A stretch of 64,000 nt of DNA from assembly GCA_963717505.1 (NCBI GenBank), contig OY970342.1, positions 1,888,001 to 1,952,000 on the forward strand, in the 5' to 3' direction. Below are positions 29,501 through 39,341 of the stretch, one piece after another. The notes beneath the pieces were generated by a model. That model had not been told where the DNA came from, ran no database searches, and worked only from the letters and a program-made list of their open reading frames with translations. Within the stretch, counting starts at the first letter, position 1, and each line of letters starts with the position of its first letter. The position numbers and the translations under genes were made by a program. This DNA comes from Candidatus Eiseniibacteriota bacterium (GTDB lineage Bacteria; Eisenbacteria; RBG-16-71-46).

Positions 29501-31128
29501 TTGCGCCGAACTCGGGTCTGGCGAGGGCCGGCACCGGCAATCCACTGGTCTCCCAGACGCAGATCCAGAGTTGCCCCGGACCTGCCGGAGTGGGTCTGTG
29601 CCAGACGATCGAGGGCACCAAGATCCTGCCTGATGGTCTATTCACGCCGGGCACCCACATCACCTACTTCTTCCGTCGCGAGGATCTGCCGCCGGCGTTG
29701 CCCATGACCTACCTGGTGCCCGACACATCCATGGTGGTTCCGCAGCCTTCGGAAGGCTCGACCGACGGGCACCGCTGGCAGGAGGTGTCGGTGCTGCCCG
29801 ACCGCTGGAAGGACAACGACTACGTCCACCCGGTGCTCGGAGTTCCGGGCAGCGGTGAAGCGTGCGTGCTGTATGTCGACAACAATGACCGCCGGGGCAA
29901 CGAGCGGGTGTTCATGGGCGTCGCCGATAGCCTGAACATGAACAGCGCGGCCAAGCGCGGCGGCAGCAACGGCTGGAGCGCCGCGGGTGACACCGACCCC
30001 AACGACCCGGCCTACTTCGTGCGGCGTCACGTCGGCCAGGCCGGCACGACGTTCGACAAGTACGACGTCAAGGCGTCCGAGTCGCTGAACACCAACACCG
30101 GAAGCATCGGAAGCCGGATCGGGTTCTCGAACCCGGCGAACACGCAGATCAACGCCAAGCGGTCGTTCCAGGGACCTTCGCCGGTCATGCTGACCAGTTT
30201 CTACAAGGTGCTGGTCACGCTGACCGGAGACTTGAACTCGAGCATCTGGGGCCCGTTCAATAATAAGAGTTCGAACGACGCCGGCATCATGACCCAGTTC
30301 GCGACCAGCGGCGATCCGGTCGATCCCAACCGTGGTTTCTACACGGCGGGCGACGGCTGGAACGAAGCGGCCACGGGGCCGGCGTTCACCTTCATCACCA
30401 CGATCCTGGGCGCGGATCTCATCAACGTGAGCTACCTGGCGGCGTCGGGAAACACCGCGCTCGACGCCGACCTGATCCCCACCGCGGCGCTGCCCTCGCT
30501 CGTCGGCAACCTCTACGGAGTGCGCAACGCCTGCACGTTCACGCTCGACGTGCTGACGCCGGTGCTGTCGGAAGCCGTCGCGTCGATGAACTACGCGGAC
30601 CCGGATCAGACCGGACCCTATCCGGCTGGAATCTTCAAACCGCACACCGCGATCCGACCGTGGATGGCGTTGTCGGACGGCTGGGATATCGAAGTGCTGT
30701 CGTCGCCGGGCCGATATTCGTCGCGCGGGCGGCTGCACTACTACTACCACGCGTTCCAGGACGCGTTCGGCACGATCGCCGGCTGCAACGTGGTCGGCGT
30801 GCCGATTGCGACCACCGACACGCCGAACAACGGCAGCGGGCGCGTGTTCAACTTCATGAGCCTGCGCAACAACCCGGTGCGCTCGGGGTCGGCGACGTTC
30901 GCGATCGGGGTCGCGAAGAGCGACTGGGTGACCATCCGGATCTTCGACGTGGCCGGACGACTGGTACGCACGGTGGCGGACCGGAACTTCATGGCGGGCG
31001 AGCACGCGGTGACTTGGGACGGAGTCGACAATGCGGGCCGGACGGCGGCGCGCGGGGTTTACTTTGCCAAGCTCGAGTACCGCAGCCAGGGCTTCAAGGA
31101 CGCTGGCAAGCTGGTGCTGCTGAAGTAG
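26563..31128 (+). CDS. Large secreted protein with C-terminal FlgD-Ig/T9SS-like domain, paralog 3 (1521 aa)
   Basis: GGAGGT RBS and signal peptide MRFARLLLLLVAVTLLPSFAAAA. The tail is almost identical in protein to paralog 2. Confidence 0.87.
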   Translation: MRFARLLLLLVAVTLLPSFAAAASQEDVVGFDLQPVMMNARMSLALRACPSVPGTTAQPGFGTASPQRYRVCEPPVSGTTVDTVFVGFTPGHTADNWWSIWSGSDNFHDGGPYHRPPQQGGMWDFEGSYPNGDSLQGWTPVRNQMSGTGGLTIPDHQRPWRCIDYGNDASAVIPGVGRTHGVTGVWHVDAGDLQPVAASVDDTQDGLNGAGLGVGGVNWTPLAGSRSAWMGLRRHGDVTHVDDVARGGTGNPFNEDAMVYNALAGAVSLGGTDKRFPGYGDQMDQLLYRDVDVTGTGALTVGFSYRTNMSTGVVTNNITRSGWFQWDPLVASTGGINPNFLGSTGNPTPPADSFMVYVGAPAESAVVLSDGSSHPIFDKKRRWAGEVIRGNERLYTQILSRGATNATTAFSATVSAAELDRITASPTAGVSNLVRIVFRVKTNQTFSDESVNNAGSSSEGAGAVVVDNVTISKDGGAAVTIGAFESVNDIDNSTDYGPYGNQTHPHHPLNSWKSTGKPTKVYTHVHPMAGDPGRGYIPLVYQDLCGQPGSPARICDMIGVVASTGDHDNAESSGGTFGTAEQEPFDGMWSPTISLVGQGHTTRIINGVVTPVNNIGLSADDADATEDYYIDYEMYTGRFNIFTTGSAWRLGVMSYPGGNAASQGGQYKRWGMPRYPGCIYFNPDKQCFRNLDAALGWGIVRTTNASGIPDSLKIFVGPRQEAYRFGVPVSENFDGCYWDNLSLAIVDGAAADPAMVDIWHWYQDTFPFNSNDGLVGFTAAFDTTTALMKSGINISQTTGNTSRFTVPGDTTVVIGAGNSVRMDMVFRVLPGPGNYTNPSAVPAAQLLKRLPTAATPVAGAVSGSSNFWENYMADRGAKGAGSHPTPGWGPQVWNSARIDTAEVNVFQQQKRISAQPANASLFMTAYHEDELVSPGTRRALAIPRNICFIADTSNAVTTQTVICGSGSMPLGVVYPPLWAFAPNSGLARAGTGNPLVSQTQIQSCPGPAGVGLCQTIEGTKILPDGLFTPGTHITYFFRREDLPPALPMTYLVPDTSMVVPQPSEGSTDGHRWQEVSVLPDRWKDNDYVHPVLGVPGSGEACVLYVDNNDRRGNERVFMGVADSLNMNSAAKRGGSNGWSAAGDTDPNDPAYFVRRHVGQAGTTFDKYDVKASESLNTNTGSIGSRIGFSNPANTQINAKRSFQGPSPVMLTSFYKVLVTLTGDLNSSIWGPFNNKSSNDAGIMTQFATSGDPVDPNRGFYTAGDGWNEAATGPAFTFITTILGADLINVSYLAASGNTALDADLIPTAALPSLVGNLYGVRNACTFTLDVLTPVLSEAVASMNYADPDQTGPYPAGIFKPHTAIRPWMALSDGWDIEVLSSPGRYSSRGRLHYYYHAFQDAFGTIAGCNVVGVPIATTDTPNNGSGRVFNFMSLRNNPVRSGSATFAIGVAKSDWVTIRIFDVAGRLVRTVADRNFMAGEHAVTWDGVDNAGRTAARGVYFAKLEYRSQGFKDAGKLVLLK

Positions 31129-31143
31129 GAGACTCTCAATCGT

Positions 31144-31185
31144 GAACTAGCGGTTTCGCCAACGGAATGGCGAAACCGCTAGTTC
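31144..31185. terminator. 18-bp perfect inverted repeat between convergent genes (bidirectional terminator candidate)
   Basis: GAACTAGCGGTTTCGCCA-acggaa-TGGCGAAACCGCTAGTTC. Confidence 0.6.
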
Positions 31186-32495
31186 GTCGCGCGCAGGTCC
31201 GCGGGCACGTGCGGCTCGGCAAGCAGTTTGCGGAACAACTCCCAGCGCTTCGAGTCGTCCGCGTCGACGCCGGCGTTGGCAGCGAGCCAGCGCCGGACTT
31301 CCGCCTTGCCGAGTCCGTAGTTGACGACGTAACTGCGGTAGCGCTCGACGAAGCGCTGGCTGCGCTCGGCGCGCTCGGGGGTGGTCGCGAGGTTCCGGAT
31401 GCGCCACGAGATCGCCTCCTCGCGCGAGACCTGGCCGTCCACGAAACGCCTTGCGATCTCGATGCCGCCGCCCTCGAGCGAGTCCACGGCCGCGTTCACC
31501 CGTGTGTAGCGCTCGTAGAGCGTGGTGTCGAGCCCCGCCAATGGGAACAGCACGCGTTTCTCGAAGGCGGCGCGTTCTTCCGGGGTGAACACCACCTCGG
31601 GAGCGAAACTCGCGCTGCCTTCCGAGATCAAGGCCAGGGGGGAATAGAGCGGGAGCACCGAGAACTCCTGCCAGCCGCGGCCACGCACCAATTCCTCTTC
31701 GATCAGGACGCTGAGGACGTGGTGTCCCGGGTAGCCTTCGTGGCAGGCCAGGTCGATCGCGCGGTCGATGTGGATCGGCAGGTCGGTGTTGACCTGGATC
31801 AGACTGCGGTAGTTGCCCTGGTACCAGTTGTAACCGCCCCACGGCTGGTCGTGAACGAACTCGAGGTCGAAGGTTTCGGAGTCGGGGAGCGCGATGTAGC
31901 GAGCGTTGCGGGCACGGGCTTCGGCGAGTGCCGCCTGGAATACGGCATCCAGTCGATCGGGGCGCACCACGAACGACTGGCGGAAGCGCTCGAGGCGTGA
32001 ACCGAGCGTGCCCGAGCCGGGGAGCAGGCTGTCGAGTGCCGCGAGCGCCGGGGCGAACGATGCGTCGTCGTGCGGCGGCGCCACGACGTCGAACAACGCG
32101 CGCGATTCCTCGTCGAATGACAGCAGGGCGCCATCGACGATACGGGCGCGGGTCGCCAACGCCCGGAGCTGGGACGTGAGGAACCGGTGACGCATCGGGA
32201 TCAGTGGATCCGGACTGGGCGCCGGCTCGCCGAGGGTCGCGGCGAGGGAGTCGGCGATTGCCGCGATCCGCGAGAGCGGCAGCGAGTCGCGTTCCGCCTC
32301 GTCTTTCCACTCGGGTGGACCGTAGTAGGAGTCAACGAAGTCACGGTCGTGGCGCCCGAGCTGGTGCGCCAGAACGACGAAATGGTGTCCGACCTGGTCG
32401 AGATCGGGGGCCGGCGGGGATTTCGATGCGCAGCTCGATGCGACGAGCAGGACGGCGGCCGCGATGGTGAAGCGGATGGTCTGATGGGCGGTCAT
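31179..32495 (-). CDS. Lipoprotein, DUF885-like putative metallopeptidase
   Basis: Lipobox [17 protein letters not shown] motif, downstream SEG and YxxNY motifs. Confidence 0.75.
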   Translation of the reverse strand: MTAHQTIRFTIAAAVLLVASSCASKSPPAPDLDQVGHHFVVLAHQLGRHDRDFVDSYYGPPEWKDEAERDSLPLSRIAAIADSLAATLGEPAPSPDPLIPMRHRFLTSQLRALATRARIVDGALLSFDEESRALFDVVAPPHDDASFAPALAALDSLLPGSGTLGSRLERFRQSFVVRPDRLDAVFQAALAEARARNARYIALPDSETFDLEFVHDQPWGGYNWYQGNYRSLIQVNTDLPIHIDRAIDLACHEGYPGHHVLSVLIEEELVRGRGWQEFSVLPLYSPLALISEGSASFAPEVVFTPEERAAFEKRVLFPLAGLDTTLYERYTRVNAAVDSLEGGGIEIARRFVDGQVSREEAISWRIRNLATTPERAERSQRFVERYRSYVVNYGLGKAEVRRWLAANAGVDADDSKRWELFRKLLAEPHVPADLRATN

Positions 32496-32611
32496 CGGAA
32501 TCTCCGACGGTCATGGGATCGCACGAACGAACGGCGCACGTTAGCATGGGGGCGGCGTGCCGTGGTGGCCCCCATTGGCCGGCCGCGGCCCGTGCGCTAC
32601 CTTCCCGAGCC

Positions 32612-34225
32612 ATGGAACTGCTCGAAACCCACCTCGACACCGCCACTGCCGAATACCAGGCCAACGCCGAGCATCACCGATCACTGGCCGCCGAACTCAA
32701 GACCCGGCTGGCGCGGGTCAAGCACGGCGGCGGGCCCGACCTGATCAAGCGCCACACGGCGCGGGGCAAGCTGTTCGTGCGCGAGCGCATCGAACGCCTG
32801 GTCGATCCCGGCACCGCGTTTCTCGAACTGTCGCCGCTCGCTGCGTGGGACCTGTACGACAACGACGCGCCGTGCGCGGGCCTGGTCACCGGCATTGGCA
32901 GCGTGCACGGCCGCACGGTGATGGTGGTCGCCAACGACGCGACGGTGAAGGGCGGCACCTACTACCCGATGACCGTCAAGAAGCACGTGCGCGCGCAGGA
33001 GGTGGCACTCGAGAACCGGCTGCCGTGCGTCTATCTGGTGGATTCGGGCGGCGCGTTCCTGCCGCTCCAGGCCGACGTCTTCCCGGACCGCGAACACTTC
33101 GGGCGCATCTTCTACAACCAGGCGCGCATGTCGGCGGCCGGCATCCCGCAGCTCGCGATCGTGATGGGTTCGTGCACCGCCGGCGGCGCCTACGTGCCGG
33201 CGATGAGCGACGAGGCGGTGATCGTCAAGAACCAGGGGACCATCTTCCTCGGCGGACCGCCGCTGGTGAAGGCGGCGACCGGCGAGGACGTGACGGCCGA
33301 AGAGCTGGGCGGCGGCGACGTGCACACGCGGATCTCGGGCGTTGCAGACCACCTGGCCGACGACGATCCGCACGCGCTCGAGATCGCGCGCGACATCGTC
33401 GCGCATTTGGGGGGCGCGACGTCGTCGCGCCCGGCGCTCGACCTGCGCGAGCCCGAGCCGCCGCAGTACGACCCCTCGGAGATCTACGGCCTCCTGCCGC
33501 GCGACTTGCGCACGCCCTACGACGTGCGCGAGGTGATCGCGCGCCTGGTGGACGGCTCGCGCTTCCACGAGTTCAAGGCGCGCTACGGCGCGACACTGGT
33601 CACAGGATTCGCCCACCTGCACGGCATCCCGATCGCGATCCTGGCCAACAACGGCGTGCTGTTCAGCGAGAGCGCACTCAAGGCCACACACTTCATCGAG
33701 CTGGCCGCGCACCGCGGAATTCCGCTCCTGTTCCTGCAGAACATCAGTGGCTTCATCGTCGGCAAGCAGTACGAACATGGCGGCATCGCCAAAGACGGCG
33801 CCAAGATGGTGCACGCGGTCGCCAACGCGCAGGTGCCGAAGGTCACGGTGATCGTCGGTGGCAGCTTCGGCGCCGGCAACTACGGCATGTGCGGTCGCGC
33901 CTACCAGCCGCGTTTCCTGTTCATGTGGCCCAACAGCCGGATCAGCGTCATGGGTGGCGAGCAGGCGGCGTCGGTGCTGGCGCAGGTCAAGCAGGCCCAG
34001 CTCGACCAGGCGGGCAAGAAGATGTCGGCCGCCGAAGAGAAGGCCTTCAAGCAGCCGATCCTCGACACCTACGAGCGCGAGGGAAGTCCTTATTACTCCA
34101 CCGCCCGGCTCTGGGACGACGGCGTGATCGACCCCGCCGAAACCCGTACCGTGCTTGCGCTTGCGTTCTCGGCCGCCCTCAACGCCCCGGTCCCGCCGGC
34201 CAGGTTCGGCGTCTTCCGGATGTAG
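32612..34225 (+). CDS. liuB: 3-methylcrotonyl-CoA carboxylase beta subunit (carboxyltransferase)
   Basis: [51 protein letters not shown]-terminal FGVFRM. Confidence 0.92.
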   Translation: MELLETHLDTATAEYQANAEHHRSLAAELKTRLARVKHGGGPDLIKRHTARGKLFVRERIERLVDPGTAFLELSPLAAWDLYDNDAPCAGLVTGIGSVHGRTVMVVANDATVKGGTYYPMTVKKHVRAQEVALENRLPCVYLVDSGGAFLPLQADVFPDREHFGRIFYNQARMSAAGIPQLAIVMGSCTAGGAYVPAMSDEAVIVKNQGTIFLGGPPLVKAATGEDVTAEELGGGDVHTRISGVADHLADDDPHALEIARDIVAHLGGATSSRPALDLREPEPPQYDPSEIYGLLPRDLRTPYDVREVIARLVDGSRFHEFKARYGATLVTGFAHLHGIPIAILANNGVLFSESALKATHFIELAAHRGIPLLFLQNISGFIVGKQYEHGGIAKDGAKMVHAVANAQVPKVTVIVGGSFGAGNYGMCGRAYQPRFLFMWPNSRISVMGGEQAASVLAQVKQAQLDQAGKKMSAAEEKAFKQPILDTYEREGSPYYSTARLWDDGVIDPAETRTVLALAFSAALNAPVPPARFGVFRM

Positions 34226-34259
34226 AGGCGACACACCGTGAAGCGGGGATAGGAACGGC

Positions 34260-36023
34260 CTAGGTCGAGCTCGATGCAGCGCCGGCGTCGGGCGGGGCCC
34301 CCGGTTGCGGCGCACCGGACATATGAACGAAGAGGTCACGGCGCGCGAACGGGATCGAGATCGCTTCCTTGTCGAAGCGCTCCTTCACCGTCTTGGTGAT
34401 GTCCCAGTACACGTCCCAGTAGTGCTCGGTGTGCGTCCAGGGGCGGACGATGAAGTTCACCGACGAGTCGACCAGCTGGTGCAGCTTGATCATCGGCGGC
34501 GGGTCCTCCAGCACCTTGGGATGTGCGGTGACGATCTCGTTCAGGACCCGCTCGGCTTTCTCGAGGTCCTCGGTGTAGGACACGCCGAACGTCAGGTCGA
34601 CGCGCCGAATCGCCTGTGCCGTGATGTTGCGAATCACGTCCCCCCAGATCTTGCTGTTCGGCACGATCAGCGTCTGGTTGTCGGCGGTCAGGATAGTGGT
34701 GGCGACCAGGCTCATTGCCCGGACCGAGCCGGACACCCCGGCCGCCTCGATCGTATCGCCGAGGTCGTAGGGGCGATAGGCCAGGATCATCCCGCCAGCG
34801 GCGAAGTTGGCCAGCGTGTTCTGCATCGCGAAGCCGATGACGAAGCCCGCGATGCCCAGGCCGGCAACCAAGGCGCCGACGTGGACGCCGAGCTGCGTCA
34901 GGATCACGATCAGACCGATGAGCATGACGATCTTCGACGAGCCGGTAATCAGCATTTCGCGCACCAAATGCGAAAGCGACGATCGCCCGACCGCGCGCCG
35001 GACGACAGCGCGCGTCAGCCCGGCCAGCAGCCGAAAGCCGAAGAAGATGATCAGGATGAACAGTACGTGGGACAGCCACCGCGGAGCCTGAGTCGCGACC
35101 ACGTCCAGCAACTGCCGGCGCGCGTGTTGCAGCAGCCCGCCGACCACCTTGGGGTTGAGGATGTCGGAGGTGATCTTGCCGGTCGAGCTGATGAGCAACA
35201 CTTTGTAACGAGTGGTCTCGAGCCCGAGCCGGTCCATCAGCTCGATCGCGAGCCCGAGGTTGTCGCTGACTCGATTGCGCCGCTCCTCGATCGCCAGCAA
35301 CTCCTGACGCAAGCCCTGGTCCGACGGGGCGCGTGTTACCTGAGCGGAGGCCGACGCCCGATCCCGCTCGGTGACCCGCAGGCGCGTGACCAGGACGTCG
35401 GCGAGCCCGGCAAGCTGATTGGTGACGAAGCGTCGGGGCTGGGACACGTCGACGCCGACGGCTTGGAGCGCCAGGATCCCGTCCACCAGCGAGCGAACGT
35501 GCGTCGCCTGGCGTTCGGCCAATTCGCTGATACGCGACTCCAGGGCGACGCGTTGAGCGCCGGATGCGGCGTCGCGTTCGACGCGCAGGGCGTCGAATTC
35601 TTTCTCGTTGCGCCGCAGCAGCGTCTGATAGCTCGACCAGCCGCGCTGGACCGTATCGTTCAGGATCCGGCGCGGTTCGCTGAGGTCCCGTCCAGCGGAT
35701 TGCTGCTGGCGCAGGTGCGCGGCGATGGCGAGCAGCGAGGCGTCGACCTCGGCCTGTCGCTCCCACATCTGCTCGTCGCGCACGGTGCGCAGCTCGCCGG
35801 TCGAGGAATCGGCGAGGGTCGCGAGCGAATCCTGCTGCCGGGTCGCGGTGCGCAGTCGATCCAGCAGCCTATGGAACTCGACATCGGTGGCGGTCGTGTC
35901 CTGAGCGAATGCGGCGGTGCCCGCCAGGATCCAGGCGCCGGCCAGCAAGGCGAACGCGAACCGGAATGCGCGCGCTGAGAGGACGCTGGCGCCCGACTCC
36001 GGCATGCGGTCGAATGCGGCCAT
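34260..36023 (-). CDS. Mechanosensitive channel MscS family with N-terminal periplasmic coiled-coil extension
   Basis: GLGIAGFVIGFAMQNTLANFAAG, DNQTLIVPNS, RRVDLTFGVSY. Start position uncertain. Confidence 0.85.
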   Translation of the reverse strand: MAAFDRMPESGASVLSARAFRFAFALLAGAWILAGTAAFAQDTTATDVEFHRLLDRLRTATRQQDSLATLADSSTGELRTVRDEQMWERQAEVDASLLAIAAHLRQQQSAGRDLSEPRRILNDTVQRGWSSYQTLLRRNEKEFDALRVERDAASGAQRVALESRISELAERQATHVRSLVDGILALQAVGVDVSQPRRFVTNQLAGLADVLVTRLRVTERDRASASAQVTRAPSDQGLRQELLAIEERRNRVSDNLGLAIELMDRLGLETTRYKVLLISSTGKITSDILNPKVVGGLLQHARRQLLDVVATQAPRWLSHVLFILIIFFGFRLLAGLTRAVVRRAVGRSSLSHLVREMLITGSSKIVMLIGLIVILTQLGVHVGALVAGLGIAGFVIGFAMQNTLANFAAGGMILAYRPYDLGDTIEAAGVSGSVRAMSLVATTILTADNQTLIVPNSKIWGDVIRNITAQAIRRVDLTFGVSYTEDLEKAERVLNEIVTAHPKVLEDPPPMIKLHQLVDSSVNFIVRPWTHTEHYWDVYWDITKTVKERFDKEAISIPFARRDLFVHMSGAPQPGAPPDAGAASSST

Positions 36024-36030
36024 CGAATCT

Positions 36031-36894
36031 CTATTCAAGGTGGGTCCGGAGGAACTTCACGGCCAAAGGCCAGGACTGTTTCGACGCCGCCAGATTGGCT
36101 CCATCGCGCAGCCCCTGGGCGCGCAGGAAGCCATGCCCGGCGCCCGGGAAGACATGCGGATCGTAGGAGCGCTCGAGCTTGGTCATCTCCGCCTTGGCCG
36201 GCTCGATCGTCGCGTTGACTCGGGCATCGTCGCCACCGTAGAGCCCGAGCACCGGAGCCTTCACGTTCTGGAGGACCACGCTGTCGGGCGAGGTGCCGTA
36301 GAAGACCACCGCGGCGTTGGGTGGCGGCGTTGCCGCCGCGTACTCGAAACTGCGCGCGCCGCCCCAGCAGAATCCGAGCGTGGCGACCTTGCCGTTGGCC
36401 GCGGGTAGCTTGGTCGCGTAGGCGCGCACGGCGTTCACCCGGTTCGCGGCCTCTTCGGGCGTCAGCGCGCGCGTCAGCTTGACGACCTCGTCGCGGCTCG
36501 CCACCGAGTCGGTGCCGCCGCCACCGGGGCCCATTCCCGAGATCAGATCCGGGGCGACCGCAATGAAGCCGTCGGCCGCCAGTCGATCGGCGACGCCGCG
36601 CAGCCAGTCGGTGAGGCCGAAGATCTCCTGGATCACGATCACCACGCCCGCCTTCTCCTTGCGCTCGGGATAGACCACCCAGGTGCGGATCTTGGTCTTC
36701 GAGTCCGGAAGCGCGACGTCGACGAACTCGCCGTGACGAGGCGAGGTCTCGAGTGCCGCCTTCGCCAGGGAATCCGGCGGCGGGGGCGGAGGGTCGACCG
36801 GTGCCGCCGGAGTCGCGGGCTGGGAATGGGCTGCGGATGCAGCACAGGCGAGGGTGAGCGCGAGGAACGCCACGCTGCGGGCGAGGAATCGCAC
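36031..36894 (-). CDS. Dienelactone hydrolase family protein (secreted)
   Basis: IQEIFGL, nucleophile motif GFCWGG, GAGHGF, signal peptide. AAGGAGG RBS before GTG. Confidence 0.9.
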   Translation of the reverse strand: MRFLARSVAFLALTLACAASAAHSQPATPAAPVDPPPPPPDSLAKAALETSPRHGEFVDVALPDSKTKIRTWVVYPERKEKAGVVIVIQEIFGLTDWLRGVADRLAADGFIAVAPDLISGMGPGGGGTDSVASRDEVVKLTRALTPEEAANRVNAVRAYATKLPAANGKVATLGFCWGGARSFEYAAATPPPNAAVVFYGTSPDSVVLQNVKAPVLGLYGGDDARVNATIEPAKAEMTKLERSYDPHVFPGAGHGFLRAQGLRDGANLAASKQSWPLAVKFLRTHLE

Positions 36895-37047
36895 GGAATT
36901 ACCTCCTTGGAGTTTCGAGGGTGACGGCGAACCCTAGCATCCCGGCGGGACGAGTTTCGACCCGGCCCCCGGGGCCCCCCGGCGCCGAGCCCGGTTTGTC
37001 GCGCCCCGGGCAACCGCTACTGTCTCGGCCCCCATCCCGGAGGAGCC

Positions 37048-37824
37048 ATGTCCCTGATCGAGATTCAGCGTGATGCCGCCGTGGCGCGCGTCTGGTTCAA
37101 CCGCCCGGAAGCCCACAACGCGCTGTCGCCCGAACTCGGCGCCGAGCTGGCGGCGAAGCTCCACGAGCTGGCCCACGACGACGGCATCCGGGTCGTGGTG
37201 CTCGGTGGACGCGGACCGTCGTTCTGCGCGGGCGCCGACATCGCGGCGATGAAGACTTCAGCGGCGGCGAGCTTCGACGAGAACCTGGCCGAAGCGCAGA
37301 AGCTGGCGGGAGTCTTCGCCGCGATCGGAGACTTCCCCAAGGCGATCGTCGGTCGGGTTCACGGCAACGTGCTGGGTGGCGGCGTCGGATTCGTCTGCGG
37401 CTGCGACATCGTGGTCGCGAGCGACGACGCGACCTTCGGGCTGACTGAAGTCCGGCTCGGCATCCTGCCCGCGATCATCAGTCCCTATGTCATTCGCCGG
37501 CTCGGCGACCGAAATGCGCGCGAGCTGATGTTGACCGGCGAGCGCTTCGGCGCCGAGGCCGCGTTGCGCATCGGTCTGGTGAATCACGTGGTTCCGGCGG
37601 ACCAGCTGGATGTGCGCGTCGACGAGCGGGTCCGCGAGCTGCTCAAGGGCGCCCCGCACGCGCAGAAGCGCATCAAGATGCTGCTCGAACTCTGGGGGGA
37701 CACCCCCTGGGAAGAGTATCGTGCCGCTCTGCCGCGCACGCTGGCCGAGATCCGCGCCGGCGCCGAGGCGCGCGACGGCCTTGCTGCGTTCTTCGAGAAA
37801 CGCAAGCCGAGCTGGCTAGGATGA
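37048..37824 (+). CDS. Enoyl-CoA hydratase / methylglutaconyl-CoA hydratase (LiuC-like)
   Basis: NRPEAHNAL, FCAGADI, GGGVG, FGLTEVRLGILPA; located next to the MCC subunits. Confidence 0.85.
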   Translation: MSLIEIQRDAAVARVWFNRPEAHNALSPELGAELAAKLHELAHDDGIRVVVLGGRGPSFCAGADIAAMKTSAAASFDENLAEAQKLAGVFAAIGDFPKAIVGRVHGNVLGGGVGFVCGCDIVVASDDATFGLTEVRLGILPAIISPYVIRRLGDRNARELMLTGERFGAEAALRIGLVNHVVPADQLDVRVDERVRELLKGAPHAQKRIKMLLELWGDTPWEEYRAALPRTLAEIRAGAEARDGLAAFFEKRKPSWLG

Positions 37825-39341
37825 GCATGTTCCGCAAGGTCCTGATCGCGAATCGCGGCGAGATCGTGTGCCGGGTCGCCGCCACGCTGCACGAAATGGG
37901 CATCCGCTCGGTCGCGGTCTACTCGGAGGCCGACCGGGGAGCACTCCACACCCGGCTGTGCGACGAGGCGGTGGACATCGGTGCCGCCGCCGCGCGCGAA
38001 TCGTATCTGAACGCCGACCGCATCGTCGCTGCGGCGCGCAATGCCGGCGCCGACGCGATCCATCCCGGTTACGGATTCCTCGCCGAGAACGCGGCCTTCG
38101 CGCGCGCCGTCGAAGGCGCGGGGCTCGGTTTCATCGGGCCCACTCCGGAACAGATCGAGAAGATGGGCGACAAGCGTGAAGCGCGCCGGATCGCCGAGGC
38201 GGCCGGCGTGCCGGTGGTCCCCGGAGTCGAGGGGCGCGACGCGGACGGCCTGGTTGCGGCGGCGCGCACGCTCGGGTTTCCGATCATGGTCAAGGCCGCG
38301 CTGGGCGGGGGCGGCAAAGGGATGCGCGCGGTCTCCAACCAGGTCGAACTGCGCGAGGCGATCGACAGCGCCGCGCGCCTCGCAGCCTCGGCGTTCGGCG
38401 ACGCTTCGGTCTACCTCGAAGCGCGCCTCGACCGGGCGCGCCACATCGAGGTCCAGATTCTCGGCGACGGTCGTGGCGGCGCCATTCATTTGTACGAGCG
38501 CGAGTGCACGCTGCAACGACGACACCAGAAGGTGATCGAGGAGTCGACGTCGCCGGTGGTCGAGGAGGATCTGCGCGACCGGATGACCTCGGCGGCGCTG
38601 CGACTCGCGCGGGAAGTGCGCTACCGGGGCGCCGGCACCGTCGAGATGCTGCTCGCCGCGGATGGTGCGTTCTACTTTCTCGAGATGAACACCCGGCTCC
38701 AGGTCGAGCATCCGGTCACCGAATGTCTGACCGGTCGCGACCTGGTGCGCGCCCAACTCGAGATCGCGGCCCACGGGCGCTTGCCCTTCGATCAGCCCGA
38801 GGTCCGCCGCCACGGGCACGCGATCGAGGCGCGGGTCTATGCCGAGGACGCCGCACGCGAGTTCTTGCCGCAATCGGGAGTCGCGCTGCGGCTTCGCTGG
38901 CCGCACGGTCCGTTCGTTCGCGTCGACCGCGGGATCGAGGCCGGCGACGAAGTCGGCGTGCACTACGATCCGATGCTGGCCAAGATCGTGACGTTCGGGG
39001 CCGATCGCAGCGCGGCGCTGGCGCGGCTCGCAGGGGCACTCGATGCTGCACGGGTGCACGGTATCGTCACCAACCTGCCGTTTTTGAGAGCGCTCGCACG
39101 CTCGCGCGCCATGACGGATGCAAAGTTCGATACCGAATGGATCGAACGCGAGTTCCTGCCCGAGTTCGCGCTGCTCGCTTCGGCGCCGGCGCCCGACCTG
39201 GTCCTGGCGGCGGCGGCGATCGCGGAGGCCACGGGTGCGCATCACGCGCGCGCCGCGACGTCGAGTGGGCCTGCGACGCGAAACGGCCCCGATGCCTTCG
39301 GTGCCGCGGGCTCGTGGCGTCACCCGGGGCTCGGCTCGTGA
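37821..39341 (+). CDS. Biotin carboxylase domain of MCC-type alpha subunit
   Basis: KVLIANRGEI, HPGYGFLAEN, GGGGKGMR, FLEMNTRLQVEHPVTE, YDPMLAK. No biotinyl domain. Confidence 0.9.
   Translation: MSMFRKVLIANRGEIVCRVAATLHEMGIRSVAVYSEADRGALHTRLCDEAVDIGAAAARESYLNADRIVAAARNAGADAIHPGYGFLAENAAFARAVEGAGLGFIGPTPEQIEKMGDKREARRIAEAAGVPVVPGVEGRDADGLVAAARTLGFPIMVKAALGGGGKGMRAVSNQVELREAIDSAARLAASAFGDASVYLEARLDRARHIEVQILGDGRGGAIHLYERECTLQRRHQKVIEESTSPVVEEDLRDRMTSAALRLAREVRYRGAGTVEMLLAADGAFYFLEMNTRLQVEHPVTECLTGRDLVRAQLEIAAHGRLPFDQPEVRRHGHAIEARVYAEDAAREFLPQSGVALRLRWPHGPFVRVDRGIEAGDEVGVHYDPMLAKIVTFGADRSAALARLAGALDAARVHGIVTNLPFLRALARSRAMTDAKFDTEWIEREFLPEFALLASAPAPDLVLAAAAIAEATGAHHARAATSSGPATRNGPDAFGAAGSWRHPGLGS

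Noticed and set aside
2-31128. Diversity-generating retroelement acting on the paralogs' variable pre-tail region
   Set aside because: No reverse transcriptase is present in the window, and the differences are not adenine-specific; they are mostly synonymous third-position changes.
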